A stretch of 61,954 nt of DNA, the filler included, from Choristocarpus tenellus KU-1152 (taxonomy: Eukaryota > Protista > Phaeophyceae): NCBI GenBank assembly GCA_964200185.2. It is 11 parts of 11 records of this genome, joined end to end, with 100 filler letters (N's around TTAATTAATTAA, not from the genome) between each part and the next. Parts side by side here need not be neighbours in the genome. Positions count along the whole stretch, not along the records: positions 52,805 to 58,986 come from CAXNAD020008738.1; positions 59,087 to 61,954 come from CAXNAD020024078.1; 9 more parts are not named here. One strand, written 5' to 3'. This document shows, piece by piece, positions 54,408 to 61,954 of this stretch (position 1 is its first letter; each line of letters starts with the position of its first letter). The notes under the pieces were generated by a model. That model searched no databases. It was not told the DNA's origin and saw only the letters and a program-made list of their open reading frames with translations. The translations under genes and the position numbers were made by a program.

Positions 54408-54461
54408 GGCCCATTTGGATGCCCCAGTGCAACCCCCCCCCCTCCACAGATACTTTGGCCC
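54408..54461. mobile_element. Family-A-related terminal inverted repeat of a longer element
   Basis: cccatttggatgccccagtgcaacccccccccctccacagatactttggccc. The upstream sequence differs from the MITE A interior. Confidence 0.65.
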
Positions 54462-55369
54462 TTTTAGTTTGGGGACTATCCTGACCCGTGTTCAGAGACA
54501 CTACACATTGTACCACTTCTCATACTACTAGCTACTGATGAACTATTGTACGCTACCTCAAACTGTACTGGCTTCGTTCTTGCCCTGCGTATCTTGAGTT
54601 GAGTTCTGCAATCCAACTGCTCGTTCTCTCTCGTCCCTCGATTCTTGCGCTAAACTCGGCTCAACACTAACACCTCGTTTTGGTTCGTTTTTTTTCTGAC
54701 GTAGGAGCAGACGGGATAGCTGATCGATTGGTTGACTATCATACATTAGGTCAAACTATGATACAGTGATACTGGAGAGAAGAAAACAATTGTCAGAAAC
54801 CGTTAAAGAGAAGGGAGCAGCATACAGCGTCTTCAAACCCACTGCCAGACTGGCAATGCAAAAAGAGAGCAAGAATGAATAGGTTTGCCGAAAAAGGAAG
54901 ATGCATCAGACAAGTCCACAGAGAGGACAAAATAAACTGAGATAAAAGCACAATCCAGGGATTAGCTCCAGCCTCAAGGATCATGATTTGTTCAAGGGGC
55001 ACGTATCCACATGCACTTCAGGGCATATAGGTCAAGCTGTTATATTCGCTAGGTGCAACCTACTACCATTAACACTAAGAAGGGTCTCCAATTAATTGGC
55101 TAAGTAAAGAAACCAGTCCCCCTCCTCTCCAAACAAAAAAAGGAAAAAAGCGAACATATAAATAAAAGAAGCTCAGCAGACATTTAGCACATGTTGGTGA
55201 CCAAGACCACTTTCACATGACAGACTGTGGCTACTTCGGACCCAACCAGATGTACATGGATTATTTTGCTCCATCCTCCACATATCTGTGCCACTGGTTT
55301 GAGTCTTCTACAAATGAACCCACTGATGATTAGCAGTTATGTTGAAAGCCTTAAGGCCATCTTGGAATT

Positions 55370-55628
55370 GAGTGAAATTATCTTAGAGGGTACGATTTTT
55401 CCCTGTTTTTGTCCATTTTGGGCTTGGCTTCCCACGGGTTTTTAATGACACTTTACCTATTCCAAAATGTCTTGGAGAAGGTAAAATGTATATGCTATGA
55501 AAAGGTGTGCCCAGAACAAGGATATTGACATCTCCTAACAAACATTATAGCCAAAATTAATTAATATCGCAACGTTGTATTCTGGCCCCCAAATGGACGC
55601 GACTCTACCCTCTAAGATACCTTGACTC
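55370..55628. mobile_element. MITE family B copy
   Basis: gagtgaaattatcttagagggtacg ... ccccaaatggacgcgactctaccctctaagataccttgactc. Confidence 0.9.
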
Positions 55629-55709
55629 ATCACCACCGCCAGTTTTTCTCCGAACTTTCCTTCTCACACTTTTCTTCTCAGCGATACGTTTTCCGAGGAT
55701 AAAGTTCTT

Positions 55710-55983
55710 GAGCCAAAGTATATTTGAGGGTAGAGTCGTGTCCATTTGGGGGTCAAAATCCAATGTTGCGATTTTGATGTAATTTTGGCTTATTTTAATT
55801 TTGGCTTTCTTGTTTGTTAGGAAGTGTCAATATCCATGTTCTCGACACACCTTTTCATAGCGTATACATTTATCTACTCCGAAACATTCTGGAGTAGGAA
55901 AATGTCATTAAAAAAAACATGGGAAGCCAAGCCCCAAATGGACAAACAGGGCAAAACTCGTACCCTCTAAGATACTTTCACTC
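55710..55983. mobile_element. MITE family B copy, opposite orientation, TSD TCTT
   Basis: tctt|gagccaaagtata ... gtaccctctaagatactttcactc|tctt. Confidence 0.92.
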
Positions 55984-57438
55984 TCTTGGGCAAGCGATCA
56001 TCATCTATTTGCAACATGAACCTGGAAATAGGAGCAGATATTGCAGATAATTGGCTTCAATGAACTCTTATCCAGATCTCTGAAGGGCTCTTCTGAAAGA
56101 CATGGGGTGATCTGTACGTTTCCTTTTGTCAAACCCAATAGAGTGATGCAGGGGTTAGTAGTATTGAGCACGGATCTGGGTGTAGTGATCCTTGCTACTG
56201 TTTTCATTGTTTGCGTCACATTAATCGGCAATGATCCCGACCCGTGGTCAGAACCACTACTCGATACACGACTTTCCACACTATTACTACTAAGTGTTGC
56301 ATCGTGTTTCTATTATTTTTGTTGTTCGTTTTTGATGTTGTTGATATTACTATTGTTAGAAACTATTATGATTCGCTCACGTTTTGTGGGGGAACTTCTC
56401 CACGACCTCCACCCTACCGAATCGTCCACCCCTGGTCAGAGAACAGCGCACACTGTACTAACTACCCTACGAACTAAAAGCTGCACTACAACTAATTGCA
56501 CTGCTATATGTGGGTTGACGTTTCTCGCGGTCGGGGTTCAGCGTTCTAACCGGTCGTCGCTCCTCTCCTCCCTTGAATCTGGGGTGTGTATGTTAGTAAT
56601 ATGACATGGCAGATGACTTCTCCAAGCTAATCTGTTTCCTGCAGTTGATCTTGGATAGATTCGATTGAAAAACACATAAGAAACAAGCAAGTAGTCATAG
56701 TGGAAGAAGAGAATGAGAAAACTTCCGACTTAGATATACTCTTTGTAGGAGGTGGGAGAATAGGGGAAGAGAACATGGCCAGGGAAGTGAAGGTCGCAGA
56801 TTTCGCTGAGGTAGCGACCTCGTAGAGATACTCACAGACAAGGTTGTGGAAGAGATGCCAGGGAAGTTCAAGAATAAGTGGCAGATATTCAGAACGGCTG
56901 AAAACGGAGTACCAACAACTATAGGACAGATGCCCAAACACTGCAGCCCAACTTGTTACAGCGGTCTTGCATTGGGGCAACTCACTTTGCCTGAGAGGCT
57001 CTCAGGCACCTTAGGGGAAGACCGTGTGGCTCTTTGGTGGGATGGAATATGAATATTGAGACCTTAGGAGGGGGTTGAAGGAACTAATCGAATCACGTGC
57101 CTACTAGAGGTAGACCCAAGGTTACAAGTGTTAGTGTGAGCATGGTGGAGTTTAGTGGAGAGGATACCGGAGGATTTTTTTTAGCTTTGCAGAGTCAAAG
57201 GTGGTGTGGTTACTATTAAACCGTGGCAATCTTAAAGTTTGTGCCAGTGGAGGTACGAATGTGTGTGATTTCAGGATTGATTGACACGGGGTTGCCGCGT
57301 ACTTCCCCTTCTAATCATTTTTGGGAACTTTGGTGTAGTTCAGGCTTTTTTAACCCTGCTGCCCTCGTTGAGGTTCCTCCTCGTCTCTATAAGAGGAAGA
57401 ACGTGTTTTTTTTTCCCCTGAGGTTTTGTTTGTTTGTG

Positions 57439-57627
57439 GACCCAAAGTATCTTGGTGTGTGTGTGTGGGGGGGGGGTCTACACCAGAGTGCCCATTTGGA
57501 CCAAAACCAGGAAAAGTGCACTTTCATTATCCATCCAATGTATGGAACCAAATCACCCAAAAGTTGCGATATGAAAAAATTGGTCCCAAATGGACTGCCG
57601 GCACCCCCCCCCCAGATACTTTGAGCC
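57439..57627. mobile_element. MITE family A copy (reverse orientation), TSD TGTG
   Basis: tgtg|gacccaaagtatct ... cagatactttgagcc|tgtg. Confidence 0.92.
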
Positions 57628-58779
57628 TGTGGAGGACGAGGTAGACAGAGGAACTATATGTGCACTAATGTCTACTGTCGTCCTTGGAAGGTAGTCGAGC
57701 CTGATCCTAGAGTGTGGGCAGACACTATAGCGTAGAGGGTAGGACAACCTGAGAACGAGCCCCTGGAGGAGGGTTCAATGTTTGAGTTTAAGGTGTATCC
57801 ACATAGGTCCAAAGGGAGTGAATGCGTTGACTAGGATGACGATGAATGAGGATGTGTTTGCCCTGCCCGAAATGAATCTTGTCCACCACGATGCAGATCA
57901 TTCCGTCCTTTTTGTGGTTTAGCGTAAGATAGTAGGGTGCACATTGGGTTCAGCACTTCTACAAATCGTCGCTCTGTCTCCTCCCTCGAATCTTCTCCTG
58001 GGTCCGCGTTGATGTTTCCACCTTGATCTTGGTGTGATGTTTCTGTGCTATTCAACAAACAAGACAATAGTAAGTACACATGTACAATTCGTTGTGTTTG
58101 CTATGTGGATGGTGGCTGGAAATTAGTGGCGAAGAGGTCGCACTGGTTGGTCACAAGGGTTGCTAGAATGTGGGGAGATAAGGGAATAGGGAGGAATACA
58201 AATGTAGAATAAAATAATAATAATAAATATCCAGAATTCGTGAGCAAAACAAAGTAGCCTTAAACCCTAACTCTAAACGAATTCCTTAGTGATGTGGTTA
58301 ATCCAAGTCAAATGTCCTTCCAACAAAATTTGGTCTCTTCTAAGTTCTAATCTTGGGATTACTGTAACAGAATATTAAGAGACAACTACCAAACCTACGT
58401 GGAAAACGTAAAGAAAGATCCTGTTTACAAAACGCCTCGTTTTCTTTCTGTGTATAACGGAATGTGGTGTTGGTAATTATTTTTCAAAGTTCATATTACA
58501 TGTTTCGTCATACCTCAATAAGAAAAAGTATGGTACTTTCATTCTCACCACCACCCCCCTCCTCGCTCTTCTTGCAGAAAAAGATATGACTAACGTGGAA
58601 TTGAATCTAACTTTGTATTATGTTTTTGCTAGATTTTGGTACCACTATTACCAAATGATATTATCGGACATTATGTTCCTATATTGAACGATTTAAGAAC
58701 AATATATTTTTGTATGAGTTCATATATATCTAAAGTAGTTCACCTATAATTATCATATAACTTAGGGTTATCCCTAACC

Positions 58780-58986
58780 CAAGCTTGCTAAGTTCGTGTG
58801 CATTGCACGCGTGAGTTCGAATCTCACCGGTGTCGCCAATGTGAATCGTGTGATTCTGTGTGTGGCGGCGTGGTTCACTCAGGCAAGGGTGGCGAAGAGA
58901 ATCGCCGGGCAAGACCGATCACACGAACAAGGACGAACCGTGACCGAGGGTTGTCCCAAGTCTATGGGATTGGTCACATGAAGAAC
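58780..58986 (-). mobile_element. LTR-like end plus 59-nt tract complementary to mature tRNA-Ser(GCT) positions 27-76
   Basis: Plus strand 58780-58838 reads caagc-ttGCTaa-gttcg, long variable arm tgtgcattgcac, T-arm gtgag-ttcgaat-ctcac, acceptor strand cggtgtcg, then CCA. One spacer base follows, then TGTGAATC, i.e. an LTR-type ...CA end on the minus strand. Confidence 0.75.
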
Positions 58987-59086
58987 NNNNNNNNNNNNNN
59001 NNNNNNNNNNNNNNNNNNNNNNNNNNNNNNTTAATTAATTAANNNNNNNNNNNNNNNNNNNNNNNNNNNNNNNNNNNNNNNNNNNN

Positions 59087-59314
59087 CTTCAAAAGTGCCG
59101 AAACATTTCCAAAAAAAGAAATATCCCGGGCCCTTACAAGTGCAAAAACATTTGCAAAAAAAAAGTTTTCGGTACTTTTTCAAGACCGTTTTCGATCGTC
59201 AACCATCCTCATAGCCCCGCTCCTTCCTCAATTCTCCAAATCCACTGTTCTGGGAAGCCAAGCCCCAAATGGACAAACAGGGACAAACTCTTACCCTCTA
59301 AGATACTTTCACTC
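59087..59314. mobile_element. Repeat family C fused to a MITE-B terminus
   Basis: 59087-59250 is similar to 1-140. 59251-59314 matches the last ~63 bp of family B (…taagatactttcactc). Confidence 0.7.
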
Positions 59315-59939
59315 CTATTTTGAACTCGAAGGACCACTGATAGTAATAGTAGCAACATTGTTTATGACACAAGGGTGGAGAGGGGGGGGTTGTTACAGTA
59401 CGTTTGTACTGGAGGGACTGTCCTGATCTCTGAAGTAGAACAAGTGGATTATAAATATGAGAGGAGAAAGACAACAAGAATAAGAAGCAGGCATGATGAT
59501 CAAGTGGTTGTCTGTACAGTGGTGCCCGAGTCTGTGCTCTCTTCAACAAATTCGGAAGGAATGATGGACCTTCAATAAATGAAGGCACAAAGAGGTAGAC
59601 AAAATAGAAAATAGTAATTACAAAAAAAAATACTATAAAAAAAGGAGGGAAAAAATTGTAAAGTGGAATAGAGCGACCATATTAGCAGTAGCACGTATGA
59701 TGTGAGCAAACACGCCCCGTGCACAAATAAACACAGGAAGAGGACAACATTTGGTAAATTTGTCCAGAACAAACAAAGCACGGATGTGTGAAAGAAAATA
59801 TCAAGAAAAAGCCAAGGAAATAAGTATGAACGTGTACAGGATGCCAACCCAAGCGCCTCATTCATTCAACATTTACCTACAAATCACAGTCTTTGTCTTT
59901 GCAGTAGTGGTTGTAGTATTGCTAGTAGTAGTGGCTCAA

Positions 59940-60199
59940 GGAGTAGTAGGTACAGAGCACAACGTATTTGAGATGTAGACAATGTGGCATTTCATATTGT
60001 ACATTTGTAGGAAGAGCCCTAGCTGGATTGTGGGGTCACTTTGTGGGTGGAAAGGGGTAATATCAATGTTGTGCACACTATTATTATGCACATAAAGCAA
60101 TGAAATGGGGGGTGTACTGCACAAGGTGCCAGAGATTACTTAGAATGCAAAACATTCCGAACCTGCCTACCTCTCAATTGGTTTGGCTCACAATAGAGG
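59940..60199. mobile_element. MITE family D copy
   Basis: Interior matches the 2437 and 15521 copies; ends aacctgcctacctctcaattggtttggctcacaatagagg|ta. Confidence 0.7.
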
Positions 60200-60944
60200 T
60201 AATTTGAGGTTGCCGAGCATGCTCCTCCCCCTCCTTGGCTTCCCGTGCCTTGTTGAGAAGCTGCAGAGTTTTGGACAGTGTTAGCCATTATTTGAGGAGT
60301 ATGGACTGGAGGATAGTTGATCTTGAGACATACCTGAAGGTGGAAGTCCTGGGAGTTGCGGCAAGCATGATGTATCATCATGTTGAGCAATTTGGTGGGA
60401 GGAAAATGCATGCACTACCAGAGGAAGCACCATGTATCTGTTACATGTACTGATCAAGAATGAGCTCAGGTCACTTTGACTTGCTCGGACCGAACTTAGT
60501 AGGCTGTTGAGGCACAATGGCTTACTCAGACTCATATGGTATACCAACTGTTAAAATGATCATGCTAGGTTCTTTCGCACTCTTGGGAGTTCCAGAGTAG
60601 TTGTGCATAGTGTGTGTGTGTGTGTGTCTATGTCGTGTGTGTTCAAAATTTTATGCCTGAATGAGTATAGCATACAGCACTACCACCAAGAAGATGCTTT
60701 CTGTGCAACATGTATTGTTCTTCATGTTTTATTTTGGAGGAGGTAAGTTTAATTTTTCCTTGAATACGCACGTATTAATACATTAAATATACATACTACC
60801 ACCAGCACTACTACTACTACTATTGTACTTACACTACTACTGCTACCTACCTCTGTGTCATAAGTTTGTGCTGCGAAACATATATGGGCTCGCCGAGCGA
60901 GAACGACGCTGAATCAGACGATAATCCCACAGAATAAAATCGGG

Positions 60945-61954
60945 TTGATAATCTCAGCAGAAACGGTAGGGGTCGAGGATCATCAGGACAAACTCGAGGT
61001 GCTTCTAGCCGTCAGAGTAGGGGTCTTTTGGGGTGATTTTGAGACCAGAACTGGGCAAGTCGAGAGTCGGAACGTCGGCATGGCAACCCCTCTGTTGACC
61101 CCCCCGCGTAGAAAGGGTGCCCAAGTGTCCCTGAATACCAGGGTTCCGCTTGCAGTGCGGCACGTCCTCGCGATGGTCCCTGGTGAGCATAAACTGCCAC
61201 GATACGTTGGGCCGACCCTCGCAGCAGAGTTTGGAGAGTCCAAGCGTTACATGCGAGGGCTCTAGGAGGACGTCGCTGATCAACTCGCCCGTGGCACACG
61301 ATTGACCTAGGGGTGGCGGCACGTACTGGGCGGCCTTCGGAGCTCACACCGACCGAGATGGCCGTCAAGGGGCTGATTTATAGCACGAGCACCATAAACA
61401 GATGGTTGGATGATATGGGGACCAGGCCGCTGGGTCAAACCCAAGCTTTAATCGTGGCAAACGGTATGGAGAATGGACTTTGTTTGCGATCAAGAGGAAC
61501 GGAAACGTGGTGTGTACGCCTCCAAGGCAAACACGATCCATCTGGGTGAAACCTGGTCCTACATGATGATGACTGATGGGGGAAAGGGTTAGGGTATTTC
61601 CGCATGAGGATGATAGCGACCTTCCAGGGTCCCCTACTGTGCAGCACAAGAGTCATACCGCCAAAACCACGATCATTGCAGCCAACGCCCGCCCAGATTC
61701 AGCTCACAGCTTTGATGGAAAGCTTGGTGTTTGGCGCCAAGAATTGCAGACAGGACAAGCAAGAACCATAAAAAGGGGGATGTGTACGAGCAGGACTGCA
61801 CTTTAGATCATTTGTGGTACAGGAAGTGGTACACGGAGGAGTTACTGCCTGCAATCAAGACCAAGATGCCTTGGTTGCAGGGGAAGCACGTTGTCGTTCA
61901 GCAACACGGTGCCCCCCCCCACACAGGCAAGGGCAACTCAGAAATCTTGTCAGG
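60945..61954 (+). mobile_element. Decayed Tc1/mariner (DD39D-like) transposase, running off the window
   Basis: QHKSHTAKTTIIAANARP...FDGKLGVW and LLPAIKTKMPWLQGKHVVVQQHGAPPH (degenerate QQDNAxPH); frameshifts. Confidence 0.8.

Noticed and set aside
56041-56604. 187-aa hydrophobic ORF
   Set aside because: Low-complexity T-rich sequence, non-ATG start, no motif; likely spurious.
58780-58838. Functional tRNA-Ser gene
   Set aside because: Lacks the 5' acceptor strand, D-arm and A box, and includes CCA; it is a reverse-transcribed fragment.

Overview
Eukaryotic, intron-rich, repeat-rich nuclear DNA. It is probably a stramenopile and most likely a brown alga; this is inferred from gene content, intron style and scattered TTAGGG tracts. 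The window is not one contig: ten 100-nt N44-TTAATTAATTAA-N44 linkers join 11 segments, so adjacency across linkers is unproven. Host genes: 34 in-frame exons (~1,850 aa, open at both ends) of a giant FN3 plus novel-repeat protein (18638-35867, -); three 5' exons of formate-tetrahydrofolate ligase (-); S5-pore-S6 exons of a cation channel; kinesin-light-chain-type TPR exons; a Lys/Gly-rich first exon; and a tRNA-His(GTG). Mobile DNA: two MITE families with shared termini and 4-bp TSDs; a third MITE family; a foldback element; a decayed Sola2-like transposase; two DD39D-type mariner remnants; and a Gypsy RT remnant. The most unusual observation is a twice-present unit made of an LTR-like sequence fused to a 59-nt copy of mature tRNA-Ser(GCT), including CCA. 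The tRNA copy ends exactly at tRNA position 27 in both copies, as expected for captured strong-stop cDNA arrested at modified G26. All family assignments come from motif recognition by eye; no database search was run.
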